Below are positions 43,398-52,823 of a stretch of 64,000 nt of DNA, piece by piece. Position numbers and translations under genes: made by a program. Within the stretch, counting starts at the first letter, position 1. Every line of letters starts with the position of its first letter. The DNA is from an uncultured Acidobacteriota bacterium (GTDB taxonomy: Bacteria > Acidobacteriota > Blastocatellia > RBC074): assembly GCA_963796275.1 (NCBI GenBank), contig CAWCKY010000001.1, positions 768,001-832,000 of the forward strand. The letters are read 5' to 3'. Under the pieces are notes generated by a model. It saw only the letters and a program-made list of their open reading frames with translations, did not search any database and had not been told where the DNA came from.

Positions 43398-43415
43398 CAG
43401 GTATCAGGGTATCGG

Positions 43416-43494
43416 GACGATGAAGCCAAAGCAATCGAGGCACGGCGAATAACAAATATAGCCGTAGTAGCTGGTGAGAGACCAGTCATCGTAT
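43416..43494 (+). ncRNA. Non-canonical tRNA-like element
   Basis: Acceptor ACGATG/CATCGT, D stem GCC/GGC, anticodon stem ACGGC/GCCGT with 14-nt loop, 4-nt variable region, T stem GCTGG/CCAGT with 7-nt loop TGAGAGA. Confidence 0.6.
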
Positions 43495-43504
43495 AACACC
43501 ACTT

Positions 43505-43647
43505 TCAGGATGCGTTGCCGTAGACTCGGCTGACATAGTTACACTAAAGCTGTTCCGGATGTGAAGGTACCGGTTTAGGTAGTTTCACATGGTGGCATTA
43601 GTGTGACCGTCGGTAGAATCCGTCAAGGCTCACTGGCGATGCCCTGA
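43505..43647 (+). ncRNA. Candidate rod-shaped structured RNA 1
   Basis: Nested helices TCAGG/CCTGA, GCGTTGCC/GGCGATGC, GTTACACTAA/TTAGTGTGAC, ATGTGAA/TTCACAT, TACC/GGTA. Confidence 0.55.
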
Positions 43648-43650
43648 GCG

Positions 43651-43713
43651 AATGTAGGGCAGGGTTTTATCCTGCCCTGTGAAGGGAAAGGCATTTAGAA
43701 ACTGCCCTACATT
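43651..43713. repeat. GTAG-type REP doublet
   Basis: AATGTAGGGCAG...CTGCCCTACATT terminal inverted repeat; internal GGGCAGG-GTTTTAT-CCTGCCC hairpin. Confidence 0.65.
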
Positions 43714-43746
43714 ATTGACATTCAGGTTCGAAACTTAAGTAAAATA

Positions 43747-43901
43747 TTTTCACAGGTCAGCCCGCGAAATGGGCGGAGGCATCTAGCACTGGGTATGCTC
43801 GTGATATAGCTTGGAGCCCATGAATATGGGCGACAAAGTTTGGGTAATGACAAGGGCTAAATCTCACCGCCCACTCCGTGGGCTGATATGGTTTGTGAAA
43901 A
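43747..43901 (+). ncRNA. Candidate rod-shaped structured RNA 2
   Basis: Nested helices TTTTCACA/TGTGAAAA, TCAGCCCGCG/CGTGGGCTGA, TGGGCGG/CCGCCCA, TAGC/GCTA and inner hairpin GCCCAT-GAAT-ATGGGC. Confidence 0.55.
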
Positions 43902-44285
43902 GCTGATTATCCGAAGATCAACAATGCTCACATCGCATGTGTGTACACCGACATCGGGCTAAGGAGCTGAATATAAGAAAGCGTCGGCAAGAAAGAGCTC
44001 ATAGTGCACCGTAGTATAACTTTGTAGGTATTTTTTTGTTATCGTCGAGGGTGCGCGGCGCATTCGAGAAGTGTGCATATGACAGTCGATTTTTATATGA
44101 AAGAATGACGGTTCGAAGAAGACCGGGAATATCGCGCAGCCATAGCACAACCTACCCAAATTAAAGCTGAGAAAATCAGTACCGCGAGCGGTGGCGAGCG
44201 TAGTTTCCAGAACTCAGAATATTCCAGAAACTAAGCTCGTTTCGTATGTTAAAGGTTTTACGATGACCGCTATGCCATACCCGAT

Positions 44286-45768
44286 TCACCATCCCAGCAC
44301 ACGATTTCCCGGGTCATTCCACCTGCTCAAGATCACTTTGTTATGCGTATAGAAGAGGAATCCTTCGGTGCCTTGAATATGCAGGTCGCCGAAGAATGAT
44401 TGATTCCAGCCGGTGAATGGAAAGATCGCCATTGGCGCGGGGACGCCTACATTCACACCAATCATCCCGCATTTGACATAACGGGCGAATGTGCGAGCCG
44501 AGCCACCGTCGCGCGTAAAGATTACGGCGCCGTTTCCGTAGGGCGAAGCGTTCGCGCGCGCGATCGCCTCGTGGATATCCGCGACGCGCATCACTGAAAG
44601 GACCGGTCCGAAAATTTCATCGGACGCAATGTGCATCTCCGATTCCACGCGATCAAAAATCGTCGGCCCCACAAAGAAACCTTCGCTGGATTGGGTCAAA
44701 GACGTGTTGCGGCCGTCAGTTGCCAGCCTTGCCCCTTCGTTCAACCCGGTATCGATATAGTTGCGGACCCGATCTCGGGCGGCGGGATCTATCACTGGTC
44801 CCATATCGACTGCGCCGCCATCATCGGTCGGTCCAACGCGCATCTTCCGCGCCGCGGCATCGAGGCTTTCGATCAATGCATCTCCCGCCTTGCCGACTGC
44901 GACGGCGACGCTGCCAGCCATGCAACGTTGCCCGCTGCATCCGAACGCCGCGCCTATGATCTGACTCGTCGCGGCATCCAGATACCGCATCAGGCATAAC
45001 CAGCATATAATTCTTCGCACCGCCGGCGGCCTGTACGCGCTTACCGTGCGCCGTCCCGGTTTCATAAATATATTTTGCTACCCCGGTCGAGCCGACGAAA
45101 CTGACGGCCGCAACATCGGGATGGGTGAGCAGGGCATCGACCGTTTCGCTGCCGCCATTCACAACGTTGAAGACGCCCTTTGGTAAGCCGGCGTCGGTGA
45201 GCAGTTCCGCCATCCGTAATGGGGTCAGCGGGACTTTCGGCGACGGTTTGAGGATGAAGGTGTTTCCGCAGACGATGGCGATAGGGAACATCCAAAGCGG
45301 GACCATGGCGGGAAAATTGAACGGCGTGATGCCCACGCAGACTCCCAATGGATGGCGCTGTACTTGTCCGTCGATTCCGCGCGCTATGTTGTCGAGAGTC
45401 TGTCCCATGAGTATAGACGGAGCGCTGCAGGCCAGTTCGACCATTTCTATTCCGCGCCGCACGTCTCCACGCGCTTCTTCGAGGGTCTTGCCGTGTTCGC
45501 GCGTGACCATGCGTGCTAGGGAATCGAAGTTTTCTTCGAGCAAGTGCGCGAAACGAAACATAATGCGCGCTCGCTCTACAACTGGCGTATCAGCCCAGGC
45601 TGAAAAAGCATTTTTGGCGGTTTGGACTGCTCGATCGACGGTTTGAGGGTCGCTGTCTGGGGTCTGCGCGATTACCTCTCCCCTGGATGGATTGTAGACT
45701 GGTGTGTAATGCGATGATGTGGCGGGTGTCAGATCGCCGCCGATGTAGTTGTGGCATATAGTGTTCAT
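44286..45768 (-). CDS. mmsA: CoA-acylating (methyl)malonate-semialdehyde dehydrogenase, split by a frameshift
   Basis: ITPFNFPAMVPLWM, SFVGST, GGAKN in one frame; GCSGQRCMA, EIFGPV, GVNVGVPAP in the other. Deleting base 44984 restores DADLDAA. Confidence 0.88.
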
Positions 45769-45848
45769 AGGCGCCTCTTCATTTAGCTATGGTGTTGGTT
45801 GTTATCAGTGCCTTTCTGAACATCCGGCGACCAAAAGCAACCGTGGAC

Positions 45849-46742
45849 TCAATAATTTACATATACATCTCCTAAAATAACACTCTGCAATCTCCTAAGA
45901 AACTCTTCCAGTAAATTTGCTCCGACGCTTAAACGATAATCGGCTGTTGATCGCATGTCATCGATGGGTATTAACTCCGCAGCGAGTTGCGCACGGGAAT
46001 CATCGATTAACGACTTATCTATCTTTCGATCTTTCATAACAGCTTCCGTCTTCAAAGCTCTCATCGGAACGGGCGCTACGCTTCCAAATGCCAGGCGAAT
46101 ATCTCTGAGCTCCTTGCCGTCCAATTGGGCCATCCCGGCGAAGCATACTTTGGAGATCGCCTGGGCCTTGCGCGTGCCAACTTTGCGCATCCGCTGATGC
46201 CACTCCTTCGTCGCACGAGGAAGTCGGATCGCTTTGATCAGCTCGTCCTGATGCATAATGGTCGTTTTGTATCCGGTGTGGAAACCCTGATACCCGACCC
46301 AGCGCGATCCTCGAGCAGAAACAAGCTCCAGTTCGGCTGCATAGACGAGCAGCGGCGGGAGCGAGTCTGCCGCGGGCGAAGCGTTGGCGATGTTCCCGCC
46401 GATCGTACCCCGATTCTGGATTGCCACGCCGCCGGTCAGGCTCGCTGCTTCACAGAGCATCGGAAATTCTTCGCGCAGTATGAAGTCCGCCTGCACACGC
46501 GTGTAGGTCGTCAAAGCGCCCAGCGTAATATGATCGTGGGTCGCTTCGATGCCTCTGAGTTCAGGCAAATGTTGAATGCTGAGATATTGTCGGTGATCGA
46601 GTTTGCCTGCTTCCAGCAAGACCATCAAATCGGTGCCGCCTGCAAACGGCTTCCATACCCCCGGTTCATCAGCCATCAGGTGTAATGCCTCATCGAGGTT
46701 CGCTGGAACACGAAGTTCATAATCGGGAAGATAGGCACGCAT
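45849..46742 (-). CDS. Xanthine dehydrogenase family FAD-binding subunit
   Basis: AGGTDL, IQNRGTIGGNIANASPAADS, PIDDMRSTADYR. Confidence 0.92.
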   Translation of the reverse strand: MRAYLPDYELRVPANLDEALHLMADEPGVWKPFAGGTDLMVLLEAGKLDHRQYLSIQHLPELRGIEATHDHITLGALTTYTRVQADFILREEFPMLCEAASLTGGVAIQNRGTIGGNIANASPAADSLPPLLVYAAELELVSARGSRWVGYQGFHTGYKTTIMHQDELIKAIRLPRATKEWHQRMRKVGTRKAQAISKVCFAGMAQLDGKELRDIRLAFGSVAPVPMRALKTEAVMKDRKIDKSLIDDSRAQLAAELIPIDDMRSTADYRLSVGANLLEEFLRRLQSVILGDVYVNY

Positions 46743-46747
46743 ATTAT

Positions 46748-47236
46748 TTATTCGTCACTTGCGATATTCGTTGTGGATTTTACCGCGTCGAATATCTTCA
46801 TATACCCGGTGCAACGGCACAGATTACCGGCCAGTCCATTGCGTATCTCAGTTTCGCTCGGCTTCGGGTTGAGTTGGAGCAGATATATCGCGGCCATAAT
46901 CATTCCCGGAGTGCAGATTCCGCATTGTGCGCCTCCGCATTCGATGAACGCACGCTGCAAAGCATGCAAGCTCTTGCCCTCTGCAACCCCTTCGATAGTA
47001 GTAATTTTTGTCGCATTGGCTTGCACGATCGGAACCAGACAGCTATTAACCAATTCTCCATCAATAATGACAGAGCAGGCGCCGCATTCACCTTCTCCGC
47101 AGCCTTCTTTTGTGCCGGTCATGCGCAACTCTTCGCGCAGCACATCCAGCAGCCGGGCCATCGGCCACGCCAGCGCATTGCGCATTTCTCCATTCACAGA
47201 GAAAGTTACTCTGATTTTTCCGCTGTCGTCAGACAT
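46748..47236 (-). CDS. Xanthine dehydrogenase family 2Fe-2S subunit
   Basis: GTKEGCGEGECGACS, QCGICTPG, NLCRCTGY. Confidence 0.95.
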   Translation of the reverse strand: MSDDSGKIRVTFSVNGEMRNALAWPMARLLDVLREELRMTGTKEGCGEGECGACSVIIDGELVNSCLVPIVQANATKITTIEGVAEGKSLHALQRAFIECGGAQCGICTPGMIMAAIYLLQLNPKPSETEIRNGLAGNLCRCTGYMKIFDAVKSTTNIASDE

Positions 47237-49478
47237 TGTTGCCTCCTGCTGACTTCGCTCTCAACATAGCAAGCATCAATGACTCGGGCATGAGGGGAAT
47301 GTGATTTACCTCGATCCCCAGGGCATCTTCGATAGCGTTCAAGATGGCCGGCGCAGCACCATCCATAGGCAATTCGCCGATGCCTTTTGCTCCCTCCGGG
47401 CCGTACTCATACGGCAATTCTTCGAAATAGGCGCGAATCGGCGGAATGTCGGCTGAAGTCGGCATGATGTAATTGGTCATTTGATTATTGATCATCCGGC
47501 CGTCCCGCCATACGACGTTTTCGTAAAGCGTATAGCCGATTGCCTGTGCGACACCGCCTTCGATCTGACCGGCTGCGAGTATGGGATGAATAACCTTGCC
47601 GACGTCCTGTAGAGCTACGAAGTCATCGATGCAAACCTCGCAGGTAACGGTGTCGATCGTTATTTGGGCGACATAGACGGCCCAGGCATAGGCGCCGTAA
47701 GCGTCGCCCTCATACTTTTCGTCATCCCAATGGATGCCTGGCGGAGGCTCGTATTTGCTGAATGATCTCAATGGCCCATATCGTTCGATATAACTGCTGC
47801 AGGCATTCGCAAATTCTGTCGGCCCGTAGTTTTCGCTGAGCATCCCGCTAGCGATCAGCATCTGTTTTAACGCGAATGCGGCGGATTCGACCAGTTTCCC
47901 GACGACCATACACGTGCGCGATGCGACGGTCGGGCCGCTATTGGGCACGCTCGCCGTGTCCGGCTGCGCGATCTCTACCATCTCGTAATCGAGGTTGAGA
48001 GCATCGGCGGCGATCTGCGAAAGGATCGTGTTCGTCCCCTGTCCGATTTCGGTGCTTCCCGTGAGAATTTTAACGCGGCCCTCTGCCGTCGCTTCGAGGC
48101 CGACTACCGAAGCGAGGTAGACCTCGCCTGACCCGGTGAAGCCGGCTCCGTGCATAAATGTTGCGAAGCCTATGCCCTTTTTCTCCGTCGTATTCCTCGA
48201 ATTGTGGATGGCAAAGAGTTCCCGTTTGTTATGGTAATCGCTTAACTCAAGGCCGCGACTCAGCAAGCGATTCAAATCGATCTTTTCGCGTATGACCTGA
48301 CCGGTGGCCGTCTTCTGACTTTCTCGGATGAAGTTGCGGCGGCGGAATTCCTCGGGCGTCAATCCCGCGGTACGCGCGACTTTATTCATATGCCGTTCGA
48401 GCGCGAAGATGCTCTGTGGTGCGCCGAAGCCGCGAAATGCGCCGTGCGGAGGGTGATTGGTCGCGACGGCCATGCTGCGGATGCGGATATTCGGACAAAA
48501 GTAGGGGCCCGCGGCGTGAATCGTCCCGCGCGAGAGCACTACTGACGACAAGGTCGCGTAAGCTCCGCCATCGATGACGAAGTCGATATCCATCGCCAGG
48601 AGTTTTCCGTCTTTATCGACCGCCGTGCGGTGACGCGTGCGTGAAGGGTGGCGCTTCGTCGTCGCCGCCATATCTTCAGCGCGATCATATGCGATTTTGA
48701 CCGGCATGCCTGATTTCCACGCGAGGAGTGCGGCGTGGCCGGCGATGACGGAAGGATATTCCTCTTTGCCACCGAATCCGCCGCCGGTCACCGTCTGAAC
48801 GACGCGGATTTTTTCAGCGGGCAGTCCGAACAGTTGCAAAAGCGCTTGCTGAACGTAGTAGGGGCATTGCATCGAGCCCCATACGGTGACGCCGTCGTCC
48901 GGATCGGCGACGGCGATCATCCCGTTATTTTCAATATAGAGCTGTTCTTGTGCGCCAGTCTCATATTCTCCTTCCACAATCAATGCAGCGTTCGCCCAGG
49001 CATTTTCTACATCACCCTTGTTTAGTTGAAAAGCTTTGATGACATTGTCAGCGCCCCAGATGATCTCCGATTTGTTGAGCGAATCTTCGATGGTGAAGAT
49101 AGGATTGAGCGGCTCTATCTCAAGTTTCACCGCGCGGCGCGCTTTTTCGAGCAGATACTTATCGCGGTGCGCCAGGAGCAGAATGGGCTCTTCGGGGTGG
49201 TTGACGAATTGATCGGCTAGATATGGCTGATCTTCAAGGATCAGTGCGACGCAGTTTTCGCCGGGGATGTCTCGTGCCGTCACGATAACGAACTCGTTCC
49301 ACGGAATATCACCATCAAATGAGATATTGCGGATACGCCCGCGCGGAACGGGTGATCTGACTGTGACCCCGTAGAGCATATCGGGGAACGTCAGATCGTC
49401 GACGTAGATCGCCTTTCCTGTGACTTTGTCGCGGCCTTCTTTGCGTTGAACTGGCTGACCGATAAACTGATTTGGCAT
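47229..49478 (-). CDS. Xanthine dehydrogenase family molybdopterin-binding subunit
   Basis: GGGFGGKE, AFRGFGAPQ, EIGQG, GQIEGG, GAKGIGE; ATG 49478 (MPNQF) is the likelier start. Confidence 0.93.
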   Translation of the reverse strand: MPNQFIGQPVQRKEGRDKVTGKAIYVDDLTFPDMLYGVTVRSPVPRGRIRNISFDGDIPWNEFVIVTARDIPGENCVALILEDQPYLADQFVNHPEEPILLLAHRDKYLLEKARRAVKLEIEPLNPIFTIEDSLNKSEIIWGADNVIKAFQLNKGDVENAWANAALIVEGEYETGAQEQLYIENNGMIAVADPDDGVTVWGSMQCPYYVQQALLQLFGLPAEKIRVVQTVTGGGFGGKEEYPSVIAGHAALLAWKSGMPVKIAYDRAEDMAATTKRHPSRTRHRTAVDKDGKLLAMDIDFVIDGGAYATLSSVVLSRGTIHAAGPYFCPNIRIRSMAVATNHPPHGAFRGFGAPQSIFALERHMNKVARTAGLTPEEFRRRNFIRESQKTATGQVIREKIDLNRLLSRGLELSDYHNKRELFAIHNSRNTTEKKGIGFATFMHGAGFTGSGEVYLASVVGLEATAEGRVKILTGSTEIGQGTNTILSQIAADALNLDYEMVEIAQPDTASVPNSGPTVASRTCMVVGKLVESAAFALKQMLIASGMLSENYGPTEFANACSSYIERYGPLRSFSKYEPPPGIHWDDEKYEGDAYGAYAWAVYVAQITIDTVTCEVCIDDFVALQDVGKVIHPILAAGQIEGGVAQAIGYTLYENVVWRDGRMINNQMTNYIMPTSADIPPIRAYFEELPYEYGPEGAKGIGELPMDGAAPAILNAIEDALGIEVNHIPLMPESLMLAMLRAKSAGGNNV

Positions 49479-49635
49479 AGGCGTGATATTATAATTCCAA
49501 CTTAGGAATGTAGGTGGAAGCAAAAAAGGAAAAGTGGGAAAAAGACGAAATCTTTTGCAATTATTGCAGTTTTTGCCGTTTCTGGTTCCACCGGCCTTCG
49601 CTAAGAGACATCAACCATCAGCGTAATAGATTGCC

Positions 49636-52389
49636 ATGAGAGATACACAGACTTATGCCTTGACCGTGAACGGCAGGCAGGTTGAAGTGACCGCGTCTCC
49701 GCAAACCTCTTTGATGGACGTCATTCGCGATCAGCTTCGCTTGACGGGCACGAAGGATGGCTGCGCCACTGGCCATTGCGGAAGCTGCATGGTCATTAAG
49801 GACGGCCAGGCTGTAAGGGCCTGCATTGTACCGATCAAGCGGGCCGATGGCGCTCAAGTGACTACAATCGAAGGCGTATCGTGCCCCGGCAGCGCTCTTC
49901 ACCCCGTTCAGCGGGCATACATAGAGCAGGGGGCAACGCAGTGCGGATTCTGCACGCCGGGTTTTATAATGGCCACCATCGCGCTACTCGAGAAGAATCC
50001 CAATCCGACAATCGACGAGATCTACGGCAGTCACAAGTGGAACATCTGCCGCTGCACCGGGCACAATGCCATCATCCGAGCCATCCAACAGGCTGCCGGT
50101 CAGGCGGTTCCGCGCACACCCCCTGTTAAGCGGCCCCTCAAGGCGATCGGGCATCCTTTCCCGCGCCCCGATGCAGTGGAGAAGGCGACTGGCAGGGGTA
50201 TCTTCGCGGATGACCTCTACGTCGAGGGGATGCTTTACGCGAGGGCGTTGCGTAGCAGATACCCGCATGCTCGCTTGCAAAACGTGGATGTGAGCAAGGC
50301 TAAGAATCACCCCGGCGTCGTCGCCGTGCTCACCGCAGAAGATATTCCGGGGCGCAAGGATTGCGGGGTGCATGAGGTCGATTGGCCGGTGCTCTGTTAC
50401 GACAAAGTGCGTTATGTCGGAGATGCCATCGCTCTGGTGGTGGCGGAATCGGAAGAGGCGCTCGCGCAGGCGATTGAGTTGATTGAGGTTGAATACGATG
50501 TTTTGCCCGTCGTCACCGGGCCGAAAGAGGCCGCTTTTCACGATGCGCCAATCCTGCACGACCACATCGCGCATCGCCCGGCCGGTGAGCATGGAAACTG
50601 TTTGAAACACTATCATCTGGAAAATGGCGATGTGGCCAAAGGTTTCGCCGCCGCCGATGTCATCATCGAGCGCGAGTACAGCACGCAGACGGTCGAACAC
50701 GCATTCATCGAACCGGAAGCCGGGTTGGCCGTTCCGGACCCTACCGGGCGAATCACGGTTTACTGCGGCGGTCAGATACCCTTTGGCGATCGCAGTCAGA
50801 TTGCGGCGACGCTCAACCTGCCTGAAGAGCGAATCAGAGTTATCAATTGTCTGATCGGGGGCGCATTCGGGGGCAAGGAAGACGTGTCGGTGCAGATTCA
50901 CGTCGCGCTCGCCGCCTGGGCGACGAAGCGTCCGGTGAAGATGGTCTTGAGTCGCCAAGAATCTTTGATGGTGCATCCCAAACGACACGCCACAATTATC
51001 AAGATGAAAACGGGGGCCAAGAGAGACGGCAGCATAACGGCGCACGAGGCTGAAATCTGGGGTGACGGCGGCGCCTATGCCAGCCTGAGCGGCCACGTCA
51101 TGCTGCGGGCCACGACACACGCGGCGGGGGCATATGAAGTTACGAATGTGAAGGTGGACACCTTTGCGATGTATACGAATAACGTGCCTGCCGGAGCGTT
51201 TCGCGGGTTCGGAGTAACCCAGAGTGTATTTGCGATGGAAAGCCAGATGGATCAATTGGCCGAGGCGTTGAGCATTTCGCCGCTGGAGATCCGGCGAAAA
51301 AATATTCTCAATTACGGCAAACAGACGTTGGCGGGACAGGTGATGACCGAGAGCTGCGGGCTTTCGGAAGCCCTGGAAGCCATCGCCACGGAGATGGAGA
51401 AACACCCATATATCGCGGTTGAAGGTGATAAAAGGCGCGCCTGGGGAGTGGCGTGTGGTTATAAAAATACCGGATTCGGCAGCGGAGCTTATGATGCTGC
51501 CGGGGCGGAAGTGGAGGTTTTCGGCGACGGGCGGGTCTCCGTGCGCGCGGGCGCGGCCGAGATCGGGCAGGGACTGGTCGGCGTATTGGCGCAGGTGGTC
51601 AGCGAGGAGCTGGGCGTACCTTATGAAAATGTAGATGTCCTGGTCGCTGATACCGATTTAACGCTGGATTGTTCGGCCACGACGGCATCGCGCCAGACGT
51701 ATGTGACGGGCAACGCCGCTCGCTATGCCAGTAGGGAAGTGCGCAGTATGCTCTCTCAGACGGCGGCGGAGATGCTTGGTTCGCCGCCCGACAGCCTTAT
51801 CTTTGCTGAGGGACAAGTGCGAAGTAACGGCCACAGCATTGAATTGACCGAGCTCGTTAAGATGGTTCGACGTGAAGGTCGTCTGCCCAAAATGAGCTAT
51901 CAATATGTGGCTCCGATGTGCGACCCATATCACCACTTCGCTTTTGGCTTCGGCGCACAGGCGGTCATGGTCGAAGTGGACGTGAAAACTGGTCAGACGA
52001 AGGTATTAAAGGTGATAGCGGCCAATGATGTGGGGCGTGTGATCAATCCGTTGGCATTGCAGGGGCAGGTCGAAGGGAGCATTTCAATGGGCTTGGGGAT
52101 GGCCCTTCAGGAGAATTTTGAAATGAAAGATGGATTTGTACTGACGGACACCCTCAACAAATGCCGTCTACCCACGATCGATCAGACGCCGGAGGTGATC
52201 TCATTCTTTGTTGAACACGAGACCAAGGATGGCCCTTATGGGTGCAAAGGCGTAGGGGAACTCGCCTCTATCCCCACTACGCCAGCAATTATCAACGCCA
52301 TCTACAATGCGACAGGTGTCCGGTGCTATGAGCTGCCAGCCGATAAAAAGTGGCTGAAGGCCGCGTTGTCATCAAGTCGGCATTTATGA
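49636..52389 (+). CDS. Single-chain 2x[2Fe-2S] + Mo-binding molybdenum hydroxylase (aldehyde oxidoreductase/XDH-like, no FAD domain)
   Basis: GTKDGCATGHCGSC, QCGFCTPG, NICRCTG, GGAFGGKE, AFRGFG, KGVGE. Confidence 0.92.
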   Translation: MRDTQTYALTVNGRQVEVTASPQTSLMDVIRDQLRLTGTKDGCATGHCGSCMVIKDGQAVRACIVPIKRADGAQVTTIEGVSCPGSALHPVQRAYIEQGATQCGFCTPGFIMATIALLEKNPNPTIDEIYGSHKWNICRCTGHNAIIRAIQQAAGQAVPRTPPVKRPLKAIGHPFPRPDAVEKATGRGIFADDLYVEGMLYARALRSRYPHARLQNVDVSKAKNHPGVVAVLTAEDIPGRKDCGVHEVDWPVLCYDKVRYVGDAIALVVAESEEALAQAIELIEVEYDVLPVVTGPKEAAFHDAPILHDHIAHRPAGEHGNCLKHYHLENGDVAKGFAAADVIIEREYSTQTVEHAFIEPEAGLAVPDPTGRITVYCGGQIPFGDRSQIAATLNLPEERIRVINCLIGGAFGGKEDVSVQIHVALAAWATKRPVKMVLSRQESLMVHPKRHATIIKMKTGAKRDGSITAHEAEIWGDGGAYASLSGHVMLRATTHAAGAYEVTNVKVDTFAMYTNNVPAGAFRGFGVTQSVFAMESQMDQLAEALSISPLEIRRKNILNYGKQTLAGQVMTESCGLSEALEAIATEMEKHPYIAVEGDKRRAWGVACGYKNTGFGSGAYDAAGAEVEVFGDGRVSVRAGAAEIGQGLVGVLAQVVSEELGVPYENVDVLVADTDLTLDCSATTASRQTYVTGNAARYASREVRSMLSQTAAEMLGSPPDSLIFAEGQVRSNGHSIELTELVKMVRREGRLPKMSYQYVAPMCDPYHHFAFGFGAQAVMVEVDVKTGQTKVLKVIAANDVGRVINPLALQGQVEGSISMGLGMALQENFEMKDGFVLTDTLNKCRLPTIDQTPEVISFFVEHETKDGPYGCKGVGELASIPTTPAIINAIYNATGVRCYELPADKKWLKAALSSSRHL

Positions 52390-52395
52390 TGGAGT

Positions 52396-52700
52396 AGCCG
52401 ATTATAGAGCACAGCATACGCTCCAGAGATTTGAAGCTATTTTACTTATGTGCCGGAGGCGCTACCGAAGTTAGCCGGTGGTAGAACGTCAGCGTAACCG
52501 CCGATACCGGCCACCCAACCTAGCTCGCGGTCACGAAAGGGCGCTGGGAGCAGCCGATTATAGAGCGCAGTGTACGCTCCAGATATTTGAAGCTATTTTT
52601 CTTATGCGCCGGAGGCGCTACGGAAGTTAGCCGGTGGTGGAGCGCAGCGTAACCACCGGTATCGGCCAATATACGCGCGCGCCCTGAAAGGGCGCTGGAA
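52396..52700. repeat. Tandem duplication (period 156 bp) of a palindromic MITE/REP-like unit
   Basis: Copies begin AGCCGATTATAGAGC at 52396 and 52552; both contain CCGGAGGCGCTAC..AAGTTAGCCGGTGGT and end GAAAGGGCGCTGG. Confidence 0.85.
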
Positions 52701-52823
52701 CGTTACTGATAATTTGGCAAATTCTTGATTCACACGATAACAGAGACAAAAGGGACTCGCTCACTGGGCGACCGTTATCCTTTTGGCTGTCCCCTTTGTT
52801 AAGGCGTAATACCGAAATCTAAG

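Noticed and set aside
43400-43901. tmRNA, RNase P, SRP, T-box or group I/II intron identity for the structured region
   Set aside because: No GAGGAAAGTCC, no tmRNA acceptor ends or tag ORF, no SRP tetraloop motif, no T-box AAGGTGGTACC(G)CG, no intron domain V seen. 6S could not be excluded by eye.
49984-51405. 473-aa minus-strand ORF and similar long antisense ORFs (8731..9417, 13331..13933, 57002..57715)
   Set aside because: They lie on top of well-supported opposite-strand genes and show no motifs; typical of GC-rich codon bias.
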